A DNA stretch of 63,842 nt, counting the filler, from Sphacelaria rigidula (taxonomy: Eukaryota), in the NCBI GenBank assembly GCA_964200075.2. It is 6 parts of 6 records of this genome, joined end to end, with 100 filler letters (N's around TTAATTAATTAA, not from the genome) between each part and the next. Parts side by side here need not be neighbours in the genome. Positions count along the whole stretch, not along the records: positions 42,631 to 53,186 come from CAXNAA020006281.1; positions 53,287 to 63,842 come from CAXNAA020006282.1; 4 more parts are not named here. One strand, given 5' to 3'. Positions within the stretch are counted from its first letter, which is position 1; the number at the start of each line of letters is the position of its first letter. Both the position numbers and the translations under genes were made by a program. Shown piece after piece: positions 48,435 through 60,248 of the stretch. The notes under the pieces are model-generated. The model was not told where the DNA came from and searched no databases. It saw only the letters and a list, made by a program, of their open reading frames with translations.

Positions 48435-48471
48435 CTCTAGCCCTAACCCTCACCCTATCCCTAAACCCCAA
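48435..48471 (+). repeat. Degenerate interstitial (CCCTAA)n tract
   Basis: CTCTAG CCCTAA CCCTCA CCCTAT CCCTAA ACCCCAA. Confidence 0.55.
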
Positions 48472-49926
48472 CGAAGGCATACCGAGAACCCTCGGCCATG
48501 GGAGGTATAAAGTGTTCCCTAGGCAAAGTGAGCGTTGCAAGACCTCAAATCGGCGCCGATTCAGACGAAGACGGGTACTGCGCACGCTAGGAGCGCAGTC
48601 CCCATCAAATATCCGGATTTCGGTGTCTAAACCAACACCAGGTCGGAAAGTTCCATGCCTACCAGGTGGTGACCACAACTGGAGGTTTTTCTCACCCGCT
48701 CCTCCCTTGAGGTTTGCTTCCTCGGGTTGTGTTTGCGGCGCATGGTGCCACTGTCGAGGGTTTTCCCCTGGGAATCGGATATTTCCTCACAGAGGTTTTA
48801 CCGAGCGCTGGGTTATCCGGCGGTAGTGCCGAAAGTGTGATGCTATCTCTCCGATCATCTTTTCTGACCACCCACCCGATGCTTTCGACCGAGGAAGTGG
48901 TGTGAAAGAGAGTGTTGGATGGCAGGGTCCAGCCGGCGTGTGCTCTGTGGTGGAGCCGGCGTTCCCTGCGATGGTTTGTCCGCTCACTTTTGTTTGAACG
49001 GAGACGGAGGGGATCGTGAGCACGCGATCGTCAGGGAATTCATCCCGATTCGTTTTAGCCGCAGGCGCGTTTCCGTCGCTTGGTACGCGTAGTGGAACGG
49101 AGCAAGCCATTGGCAGACGGAACCATTGTACCCCCAGTGTTTTATGCCGGCAGACGCCGTGATAGTACAGTGGGGTTCAGTTGTAGTGTGTGCCGGTACG
49201 TATTTCCCTGTTGTGTATACCACAAGGTGGGTGAACGTTGCTACGTCGATCAATAGCTGAGGCTGGCGCGACTCGCTCAGCTCAATCTCCAGATGGGAGC
49301 CAACAGTCGGATAAGAGAGGAGTCACACTGTTTCGGGTGATTCGGGGGGTTTCCTCTAACCCCCCGCTCCCCCCAAGCTGGGTTCGGGGCGGAAGGGCGT
49401 AATGCGGCAAAATTCGGAAGTGACTGCAAAAACGCCGTTGTATAAGATATGCTAAGGCATTCAACGACATTTGTTCCGAAATCGGAAGGTGTTTGCCAGG
49501 AGCTACCACTCGACCTCGTGACCTCCAGGGTGGGTAATCTGGGTCTTATCTGTATCTTTCAATCGACAATGCTACCGATTCAACGTGTTGTTCACGTTGG
49601 AGGCGAGAAGATTTGACGGCACAGACTCACTGTACAGAGCGTGTATGTGCAGGTGGTGTAATGCACGTGTCTACGGCGGTTATGATAAAGCCACGCGATC
49701 GTGGGAAGTGCAACAGAATTGCGAACATCGTCAGTGCTGTACTTCTACACTGCTGCTGCACTGATGCCGTGCCATACCATTTTTTTTCTTCGATCGCCAA
49801 AAGTGAGGCAGAAGAGAAAATCATACATCTGATACGCCCGTGTCATTTATGTTCGCAGATGATGACTTCAAATCTTATTGATCATTATTCGCGCGCAACA
49901 GGCAAGGTGAAGAACAGATAAGCTCA

Positions 49927-50096
49927 GGCCCTGTCTTATCGAGACAAAAAAAAAAGCGAGAAACGAAACAAGCCCCCAAAAATAGCGCGTTGGTTGGTCG
50001 CCGGGCGGGTCTATGGTTGCGGCAACACACCAACAAGCTGCTCTTGGACCCTTGTTTCATTTCTCGCTACTTTCTTGGGCCTCGATAAGGCACGCG
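49927..50096. mobile_element. Short hairpin MITE with Harbinger-like termini
   Basis: GGCCCTGTCTTATCGAG...GCGAGAAACGAAACAAG is inverted with CTTGTTTCATTTCTCGC...CTCGATAAG. Confidence 0.65.
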
Positions 50097-50099
50097 CTA

Positions 50100-50832
50100 G
50101 ACCCTGTCTTACCGAGGCAAAAAAACGAATCGAGAAATGGAACACGCATCCAAAACCACCATGCTGATTGGTCGCCGGGCGGGTCTATCGTTTCGGGGAC
50201 TAATCGACATCCTCCTTTTGGACGCTTGCATCACTTCTCGCCTTTATTTTACTCGAAAAGACAGGGTCTTCGCCGTTCCGATCGAAAACATGCGGAGAAA
50301 AGCCACGAAGGGACTCTTGACTCCTATCTTGCAGAACATCATGCCAGGCATCAACCGTTTACAGAACCATGCAAACCCCACACAACTCATTCTAAACTTC
50401 AGCAGTTGGTTATGCTTCGTTTATTTTTTGTTGGCAAAAACTTGACCATCTTCTTTCATGGCAGGGATCAGCGACCAAACTGCGTGGTGGGGTGAGAAGC
50501 CGACTTACTTCCGTACACGCTCATCAACAGTGCAGGCGGTACAAAGCTGCACGTTGTCCAAGTCCTCGTCACGTCGCATTGTAAGCACAGAGAATAGACA
50601 GTTCTACACTGTCTGTGCTGCACGTTGCTCACTTCTCTTTCACGTTCTAGTGTACGAAACGCGCGCACACACACACTCAGACACACTGCGTGTAAATAAT
50701 GCAGACAATACAGGGTGTCTGCACTGGACACAAGCGACCAAGTACCGCTTCACGATTTTCGTTCCGTTTTTTTTATAGAAAGCTTGGAAATTCGCTTGAG
50801 CCCAGCTCGAGAAAATGTGCTAAGACCGGGTC
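50100..50832. mobile_element. PIF/Harbinger-type MITE
   Basis: TIRs GACCCTGTCTTA / TAAGACCGGGTC with CTA/TTA flanks. The interior is homologous to 52275-53093. Confidence 0.75.
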
Positions 50833-51974
50833 TTAGACCAGCGTCTACGGCAGTGACGAATCTCGATTGGTACACAGATCGAGGGACCTGACATCGGGAA
50901 ACGCATATTATGAACCTCGATGTAGGCCAAACCGGGGAAGCGAAAGTCAGGATGTCACGACTTGAGAAAGATTGTTCCCGATTTCACGCAAAAGTTTTTC
51001 AAAGTTGAGGTCCCCCCGATTCTGAGAAAGGTGACGGACGTACACTGACGTACCGTGATAGGGCAACAGGCGTTTGGTGTTTTTTTGCAACCGCAGCAGC
51101 AGACAGTCTCGTGACAGCGCAGGGCGTGCCTGCCCGCGCCAGCTGCTGCAGCAGGTTCGCACGGAGCTTGACAAGTGGAGAGTGAGTGTTGACGCCGTAC
51201 CCTACGGAGATGGCAATACTTTATGCTGCACTGGCTGCGCTATGCTGGCGTATGTATCACCATAACGAACGGTTTTGTACTGTCCTACTCTTTCGTCGCT
51301 GTGCTTGCAGGGTGATGTGTGATACTGCGCTACTGAACTCTTCTCGCACGCTGTTCACTCTTCTCGCAATACCGACTGTGCCACCATGTATTGCCACAAA
51401 GCATTATCGTGTGCTGTGATGATGGAGTGTCCTCCATGGTATTACCCCAGGGTACCACGGTACGACGCCGTACTCGAAGGATTATTTACCACTTGCCTTC
51501 TCTTCGGCTTCACGAGTTCGCGAAAACCACAGTCACGCAGAAAATGGCTGTCCGTGTACAGACCTATTTCACAAATCTGTGATATCATAAGACCGGTCCC
51601 CACGGATCTGACTTTCGCAAATATTAGTCCCCTCCATGTTGCACAAATTTGCGTCTCGACAGAATCGAGATTCCTTGATTCCTCCTCATTGCTATAGTGG
51701 CCTACCTCTATATGACCCGGCCCGCATACTAATAACTCCGGGCTAGTCAACCCGTACCGTCTTCGCGGGCCTTTCGCCCTGGGAATATCATCCCCCCACC
51801 CAGTTACTCTGTATTCCTTTCAGCCTAGCCTTGCAAGCCCGTTCTGTTCAAGCCGCGTCTCGACACACACTCCGTACCCCTTCCACCGGGTGAAGAGCTG
51901 CAACCTACACACACCCGCGTCTGGGTTAGATGAGCCACACCCGCTGTCTGCAGGCCTTTGTCTTATACCCTCAA

Positions 51975-52160
51975 AGTTGGTTTTACCGCATCTTCTTTCG
52001 ATCGAAAAATTGCGGTGGAAAACGAGGATTCTGGTCTGATAGGTCGTCGTTTCAACTATCGTAAACATGACTTACGATACTTGGAATCACGACCCATCAG
52101 ATCGGACTCCTTTTCCACCGCACATTTTCGAGAGAAAAATAATGTGCCAAGACATGGGCC
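51975..52160. mobile_element. Hairpin MITE with a related right terminus
   Basis: TGCGGTGGAAAA...TCTGATAGGTCGT...TATCGTAA is inverted with TTACGATA...ACGACCCATCAGA...TTTTCCACCGCA. Ends GTGCCAAGACATGGGCC followed by TAA. Confidence 0.65.
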
Positions 52161-52274
52161 TAACTCCCTTGTGCCGGCATGATTTCTAGGATAATTCGTC
52201 TTTTTGGCCGAATTAGGGTACGAGAAGAATATCAGCATAATAACCAGGGCTGAGCTGGCATAATCCTCCGTTTA

Positions 52275-53093
52275 GGGCCTGTCTTACCAATTTTTTTTCG
52301 ATCGAAAAAGTGCGATCGATATTTTTTAGCTGATCCCATACGTCCACCGCATTCATGTTCGAAGGCTTCAACTCGAAATTATAATTAGCGGCGCGCGGCG
52401 AAGAATGCAACGAGGGAAGAAACAATCGTTTTCGATCGAAAACATGCGGTCGAAAGGCGCGAAGAGGCACTTGACTCCTCTCTTACAGACCACCACGTCA
52501 TATAACACCCGTTCAGAGGACCATGCAAACTCCATCCAACTCATTCTCAGCTACCACCGCAACCTTTCTGCATAGAGCACGAGTTGAGCACAGGGATAGA
52601 TACACGAAAGTAGTTGGGTGTGCTTTCTTTATTTTTTGTTGGCGAAAACTTGCGCATCGTCTCTTATGGTAGGCATCAGGGACGGAACTGCGTACCGTAC
52701 GATGGGCAACCGAGTTGCGTGCACGCTCATGGACAGCGCAGGCAGTACAAAGCTGCACGTTGATGAAGTTATTTTCAAGTCGCATTCTAAGCAGAGAGAA
52801 CTGATAGCCTTGGGCTGTCTGCACTGCACGTTGTCCGCTTCCCCTTTATCTTCTCCCGCACGAAGCACGCACACACGCACTCAAGACACCCTACTGGCAA
52901 GCAGTGCAAACAGTATAGACTACCTGTACTGAACACGAGTGACCATGTACCGTTTCACAAATTTCTCTGTCTTTTTTCGATCGAAAGCTTGAAAATTCAT
53001 CCGGACCCAACTGCATCAGAACGAATTTTTTCGCTCGGATCGATTCCACCGCCTCATTTTTTCGATCGCAAAGAAATGTGCCAAGACAGGCCC
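52275..53093. mobile_element. PIF/Harbinger-type (Tourist-like) MITE, 819 bp
   Basis: TIRs GGGCCTGTCTT / AAGACAGGCCC. TTA TSD at 52272-52274 and 53094-53096. Confidence 0.88.
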
Positions 53094-53186
53094 TTAGATC
53101 CGGATGGATTTTCAAGCTTTCGCTCGAAAAAAGACAGAGAAATTCGTGAAACGGTACATGGTGTGTACTGTTTGCACTGCTTGCCA

Positions 53187-53286
53187 NNNNNNNNNNNNNN
53201 NNNNNNNNNNNNNNNNNNNNNNNNNNNNNNTTAATTAATTAANNNNNNNNNNNNNNNNNNNNNNNNNNNNNNNNNNNNNNNNNNNN
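53187..53286. other. Artificial contig linker
   Basis: N44-TTAATTAATTAA-N44. Confidence 0.98.
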
Positions 53287-54708
53287 GCACTCCTTTACTT
53301 CATCTCTAGTAAACTCTCTGTGCCGTTCTGTCGAGCCACTATCCTCCCGTTTCGACGCGTGGTTGGGGGGTGGGACACCGAGTGTGTCAAGGCCGGTCCA
53401 GTGTCGACGGCTGCGTCCGATGAGGTGTGTGCTACGACGGGTGCCACCGGCGTCGTAAAGGACTGAGGCACAGAGCATGTCTGCGAGGGGTGGTCACGGA
53501 TGGGATGATGAGGGAGGGTCGGAAGGGAACGAGAATCCGAGCTATGATCGGAATCGGAGCTGGGAGGGGGCGATGAGAACTGCACGGGTTGTTTATCAAA
53601 ACCGATGGATCGAGCAGCACTAGGGGGTGGTTTCCGTGAGGCTGGAGAAAAGTCAGCCTCGGATCCGGAAAAAGTAGAATATCCCTTAGTTTGGCTCCGC
53701 GTACGGCGGGGCGGCGTAGCTCCCGTTTTGGGGGAAGAAGCGGTGGTGATACGTTGCGACACGTGTGAAGCGTATACAGCGTCTACAGAGCGATACGTTC
53801 AGAGAACCCAGAGCAAGAAGCGAAAGTCAATACGTGATTTTTTTTGTATTTTGTTTATCTTATTTTGATTTTATTTTTTTGAATCACGAATGTGCGATAG
53901 GGTGTGTGATAGCCACAATACAGGGACAGGGGACCAGTAAAAGGCAATCACTGAATGTCTGATTGAAACGCAACTTGAAACCGGAAAGTGGTATAAAAAT
54001 CGGAAAGGCAGCCTGTAATAGTGCAGCCAAGGTGGGTGCGGGAGAACTACAAATGGTCCAGCGGAACACCCCGCAAAAGGCGGCGGAGGCAGTACACAAA
54101 GTTGAACTGCCAGGGTCAAAACTGTACGTGATTGACCACGATCGCCGAGTTTCAACGCCGTAGTTACTGAAACAGCGGCAAGAAACAATAACGATTCGTC
54201 AATTAGGAAGGGCAGCTGTGCACCGCCCAAAAAAAGAGAAAAAACAACGTGTGGGGAGAAGTAGCAGGGAAATCAAATGATTCCTACAAAAGTGCGCAGT
54301 ACGGCAAAAAGCACAGGGGGAAAACGGGAAGTGTGTGCAGTAGTTTGGAAACACCCAGATTTAATCACACCGCAGGAGGTACAACAACAGTGCCGCGTTG
54401 TGCGAACAAGAAGCGAGCGGGGCAGTTTGCAGAAATAGAATCCGATATCATAATGCGGAAGTAACGCCGTGGATGTCACGGAAACTTCGTGCAGATGTCG
54501 CCCGCGGTTTTGTGTTGTGCTGCAGTAAAGCGGGCAGATAGTATGGGAGGAAGTGGAGCAAATGTGGGGATATCTGCCGAAAACAAATGTGTGCCGAAAA
54601 AGAAAGGATACCTGGTGAAGAGAATGGGGCAGGTAGATTGCTGGTAAAATGAAAATACAAAGAAGTATAGGTTCACAGTCGCGTGGCCAATATAGCAAAA
54701 GGTGCGCG

Positions 54709-54958
54709 AACACTTTCTATGATAGCCCCCCCTCCAAAACCAGCTCAAAAATGTAACGAAAAAAACGGTCATACAGCGCCTGATGTTTGGGTTCAGTCTA
54801 CACGAAGCCCCTCGTATGGGCGACATCGGCTAGAACGAACCCAAGGGTGGGAATTCCCAGCTTCTCGTTGTGCTCGACTTTTCCCACTTCGATTTACGTG
54901 AAGATTTTGCCTCCCGAAACCATGCACTTTGGGGGGGGGGACTATCGTAGAAAGTGTC
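54709..54958. mobile_element. ~250-bp MITE with 4-bp TSD (CGCG)
   Basis: Same family as 16962-17210. CGCG flanks at 54705-54708 and 54959-54962. Confidence 0.85.
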
Positions 54959-56609
54959 CGCGGCCGAAGAAAAGATCGCATGCGAACGCAGTACAAGCAG
55001 CGCGTTGAAAAGCGCGTGTAAAACGTGATTCAGGTGAAAGCGTGCTGCAGAACTCGCTGCACGGAACGAACAGCAGAAAACTCTCCGTTGAGGCAACTGT
55101 GGGCGCACGTGTACGGTACCGTATGCTACTGCAAAAATCAACCAAGCGAATGAAAAGAAAAATGACTCACGTAAATAAAAGTGCATAACAAGCTACAGGA
55201 AGGTGGGGAAACAGCAACTAGAGGGCAGTACAGGCAGTAGATAAGCAAACAAAGCGTCTACTCTGGAAAGGGAAAACAAGCTAAAAAGCAAGCAGGTACT
55301 CTGAGTCGAAAGCCAAATGTTATAGTGTTAAGTGGAATGCACTCTCTTGTGCAAGCCGGTCACGTCAGATGCCTGTAAGATCTCCTCTGGCACTGATAGG
55401 GGTCAGGTTATGTCCGAAATCAGCTCACACTACAATAGCTTCACGCAATAAGCTATGCCCACTTGATACAGAAGACTCTTGTTCACTCGTATTCTTTATC
55501 GCTCCGTCCAATGCTCTCTCATGTTGCTCACCAGCTATAGTAATGCTTAGCGGTCAGCTCCAGATCGCAAGTGATCGAAGTAGGTCAGGAAAAGTACTGC
55601 CTGGATCTTTCATCAGTCTCACATCCATCCTTGTTCAGGCTTGATCAGACCCGCAACTATAAAATCCGAGATTTGATCATAAACGCCTCCTAGCTTCATG
55701 ACACTCGCCCATCCAGATGAACCTCTATTACAATTGCGATGAGAAATGTCGAAAAGCAACGAAAATCGAGGTTTTCTCCACGTCAAGTCATGAGCGACAA
55801 GGAAGGCGAACTCAATGCTATAAAAGCGCTTGGCCATAGGGACTGAATAAAAACAGGTACACCCATACGACGAGGGCAACATCCACTCCGTTGCCCGATC
55901 CTCCCACACCTCAAGCAAGGTAAGCGAAATTTGATACCAAAAGGCGCAAGTGCGCTTGAAGACGCAGGAGCACACAATGCTGCTGCGGGATAGCGAACCA
56001 AACAGACGAACACAAAATGCTTCGACGTGCTAGCCAAAATAAAGAGGAAAAAGGGAAAACACACCAGGGGCACAACGTCTACGTGGGTGGTACCAAAGTC
56101 AACCGCCGAAGGGCAATCAAAGGCGGCGAGCGCATGGTGTCTGAGGAAGCAAGGGAATAAGCAACTCCAAGACTGCACGTGGTCCAGCGCCGGTCATACA
56201 AATCAATAGCCAAAATACGAAAAGCTTCAGTAGCCGAGGATGAAGGTGCTCCAAGCAAGGTCCATTCGTGATCAGACGTTGTGCTCTGAGAAAGCTCCGG
56301 TTGCAGGCTGTTGAAGGAGTTGGTGGACGGCACTGGTGTGTCCTGAGCGGTAGAAGAAGGAACAAAATATCTGAAAGACAGCGACAGAGGAAGAGAAGAA
56401 AAGAACAAGGGGAAATGTCGGGGAGGGGGAGGCAAGAGGTCTGTGTGAGCTCAAGGCGATGCGTTGACATCGTGTGTGCGATCGATGTTATGTTGAATTC
56501 GCGGCGGAGGCCTTTGGACTTGAAGCGCTGAAGACACCAATATCCTTTCGGTGCGGATTGTCTTGTGGTGGAAAGCGCTGGCCGGAGTTTGAGGTGTACA
56601 GGTCTGGGG

Positions 56610-59110
56610 TCATCGATGAAGCGCACGACGCATACCCGTCTCTGGGCAATGAAGGTCAAGGGCGTAGATGGGCGTTGAGAAACGCCGGATAGGGTACACT
56701 CCGGGTTCATCGAGTTCAGTGAGTCGCCAAGCGGGGCTGAAATCGAGAGCCGTCGGAGGGAGGGGCAAGCGGGAAAGAAGGTCAGCATTCCCCTCTGTTT
56801 TGCCAGGGCGGTGTTTGACAGTATACTGATAAGCTGTCAGGAACTCCAACCAGCGTTGCATACGCGGGTTATGTTCGCCAACTTTGGCGAGTTGTTCAAG
56901 TGCCCCGTGACCCGTGTCGATTTGGAAAGACACATGGAACAAATATTGTCGAAGGCGCTTTGTGGCCCACGTGATGACTCCGCCTTCCAGCTCCAGTGGA
57001 CTCCAGTTGGCCTCGTTTGGAAGGGTGGCGCGACTGATATGAAGGATGGGTCGAATAGAGCCATCGAGTTGAGGCTGATTCAGGACCGCGCCGAACCCGT
57101 CGGTGCTCGCGTCTGTATGTAGTTGAAAGAGGCGAGAACCGTCTTGTACGGCATCCCAGTAGGGGAAACAAAGGACCGGTTTTTCGGTGAGCGTTTTCAG
57201 CAAGTCGCGCACGATAGCTTCCCTATCTCGGGTGAAGACAAACGCGGCGTCTTTTTCAAGTCCGTAATGGGGCGAATCCGTTTGGACAGGTTAGGCAAAA
57301 TGTTGCGATAGTAGGACAGTCCACCTAATAATGAGCGGAGTTGAGTAATGTTTGTGGGCATCGGCAATTCAGTCATTGCCCTGACTTTGTTGGTTTCGGG
57401 GTGTAGACCCGCCGGTGAAGTTGAGTGTCGCAGAAAATCCAGTTCAGTCGCGCCAAGGCGAGCTTTGGATGGAGACAGTTTCAAATCATGTTTCCGCAGT
57501 CAAGAAATAAACTCTCGTAAGGTGTGCACATGCGCAAGAGGGGAGGCATCGAATGCGAGAGCGTCGTCGAAGTACGTGATGACGTGTTCGGGATTCTCTG
57601 TAACGCGTTGCATTAAGCATTGAAAACAACCTGGTGCAGTGGCGGCACCTTGTGGCATACGGAGTAATTCGTAGAGCCCAGAAGATGGACAGAACGCTGT
57701 CATTGGGACTGTGTCAGGGTGGATGGCATTCTGGAAAAATCCAGAAGCGAGGTCAACGGTACTGAATATTTTGCCTTCGCCCAGGAAGTCAAAAACTTCA
57801 TCTATGCGAGGAATGGGAAGTTTTCCCACTACAGTAACGCGATTTAGCCGTTGATAATTCACGGTGATGCGTATGTTACCATCCTTTTGGGGGACTACCA
57901 CGAGCGGTGAAGCCCGCGGAGAAGAGGAGTGTTGGATTAATCCGGCACCTAAGTACGCATCTAAAATAGCGTCAACTGTTTTGGTAAGGATGGGGTTCGT
58001 CCGATACGGTCGAGAAGGGATTGGCGAAACGCCAGGTTGAAGGGTTATATTAAAGGGCAGCGTTTTGCAATGCCCCAGATCCGTTTTGGATCGAGAAAAT
58101 CTGTCTTGGTACTCCAATGAAACATCGCTCAAATATCTAATTACAGCAGGTTCCCAACCGGGTCCATGTACGTCAAAGTTAATGTCACGTAAATGGGATG
58201 GAAGGTGATCCCACATGTGCAAGAAACTTGTCCGAGATTCTGGTGAGAGGCGTTGCAGCACTTTAGCAGGAGGGTCGGACGTTGACGGCGCAGGGTCCAC
58301 GGTGTGGATACGTGATGGAGACGAAGAGGTTACGTCGAAGTAAAGCTTATCAACGCAATTGACAGAACCGTCTGTCGGAGGCGCCGAGTTGGGCGCCGAG
58401 GGTTCAGTGGCACATGTCTCAAGTAGAATGTACATGAGGGGAGCAGCAGCAATACCTAAAACATCTCCGGGTTCCAAATTGGCATGACCCGTGAGGGGCA
58501 AAAGTTGTTTTCTTTCGGAGACAAAGCGTTCTGTGCCGACAGGCGCACCAACCGGGGGAAGCATTTCAGCGAGGTAATGTCCCTAAGGGCAGGCGTGCTA
58601 TTTCGGCAAACGAGGGCAACTTCTAGCAGTTGAGGATCGTCGGAGAGGGTAACACCAGCAGTACCATCGTATCGGAGGTGGTAAGTAGCTCCGGTAGCTT
58701 GTTCAGTTTCTTTATAGGCCAAGGCGCCGTGAAGAGTACCTTATTGTTCAAGGTTGAGTTCTCCACGAGGTGCAAACTGTGGCGATAGTGATAGTAGTGT
58801 GCGGTAGGCGCGTTGATCAAACCGCATGTAACTATCTCGGCCCATGAGTGAGGCGTGAGCCATGGTGCTGTCGGGGAAAACATATGCCCCGACTACAAGG
58901 CTGGCAGAACGAGTTGTGTTGTGAAAGAACTGCACACTGAGACGAACTAATATTCGTGGTGTCAAAGGTCCGGTGGAGTCACCAAAACCACCCCACACTC
59001 GAGGTTTGGTGGTGATTTCGCAAGCTGCTGAAGCAGCGCCAATCTGTTTCATATGTTTCCACATTTATTCACGAATAAATGTTTGTGGGCTGCCGCTATC
59101 TAACAAAGAG
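56610..59110 (-). pseudogene. Gypsy pol (PR-RT-RNase H) with stops and frameshifts
   Basis: RT SPLVVVPQKDG, VNYQRLN, PIPRIDE, DLASGFFQ, MPQG, YFDD (57563-57574). RH LHTDASTDGFGAVL, LELEG, NADLLSR. Confidence 0.9.
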
Positions 59111-60248
59111 ACACATTTGGCAGTTGTGGTTGCGTATGGTCCACAATGGAGCGATACGGGAGTAGTGAAAGTGGCAGGATCAACAGACACTTTACCGCCG
59201 ACAAGATCCGGACCATATTCAGCCGAGGTACACTGATCGGAATCAGTAGTGCTGACGGCGAAAACGGACGGCGGGTGATCCGTCGGGGGTTCAACTTGCT
59301 CACCAAAACGTATGGTGGATGATGTGTGATCCCCAGAATGAGCACAGCTTGTCTGGTCATTAGCAATTTCATATATGACCGTGTTGGGAAGACAGGGATC
59401 AACGTCTAAAGTAGATCCATGTTGTTCAGTGTAATCCGCAAAGGAGGTAGAAATATCCGAAATATCTGATTTGGATTCATCTGGGATCCTTGCTAAATTA
59501 ATCGAGCTCAAAGTCGTCGCATTTTGGAGAGAGTGAGTTCGAGATTTTCCACTCGAGGGAGGTTTACGTGGTGATACGCACGCTTTAGTGGTGGCATGTT
59601 CATGTGGCTTCCTCTCTCGCCATGACAATGGGCGGGGAACCTCCAAAGGAGTTGGGAAAAGCCCAACTGCGTCCAGTTGAGTGGAAGGGCTCAGCATGGG
59701 GGCATGCTCGGGCGAAGCTTGTGGACTGTCCGCTGGCAAGCTTGCCTGAGGAGTTATAGCCGAAGGTATAGTATGATGGTTCATGTGGAAACCAGTCACG
59801 GGTAGCTTCGCATATGTTGCAATTGACGCGAAGAATGAACTCGTTTGACCTGGGTGGGTGTTACATGGTCCGAAGCGGTCAAATTCTGACCAGCGACACT
59901 TGAACTAGTCGAGTGAATTACACTACTGCCTGTGCGTGCGGTCGCTGAAGGAAGCCTTTGCCTCAGAGACGAGCGGTTGGCGTTCCCACACCTTAGACTT
60001 ACGCTCATTTCCGGAGGACCAAGTCCAGAGCCGAGGGTAGGGCTCACTTGTGAGTCAACGCAACTGTTACGCTGTGTGCAAAGAGGTGAAGACTGGGGTC
60101 GATATGAGCGGCCGTCATTAGTACTCGTGCATAGTGCCGGGGAGGTTGAGCGAAAAAGTTTTGTCGCTCGTTCCGCGGTTGGTGTTGAACTAGTCTTCGT
60201 GTGTGCTGTCGGCGGCGCCGAAGACGTAAAAACGCCGGCGTCGGTATG

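Noticed and set aside
53295-53762. S/P-rich minus-strand ORF as the gag start of another retroelement
   Set aside because: GTG start, no diagnostic motif, and it lies at the contig edge, so it cannot be assigned.
55190-55700. 3' LTR of the gypsy element
   Set aside because: The position is plausible, but no clear PPT or TG...CA ends were found and there is no second copy for confirmation.
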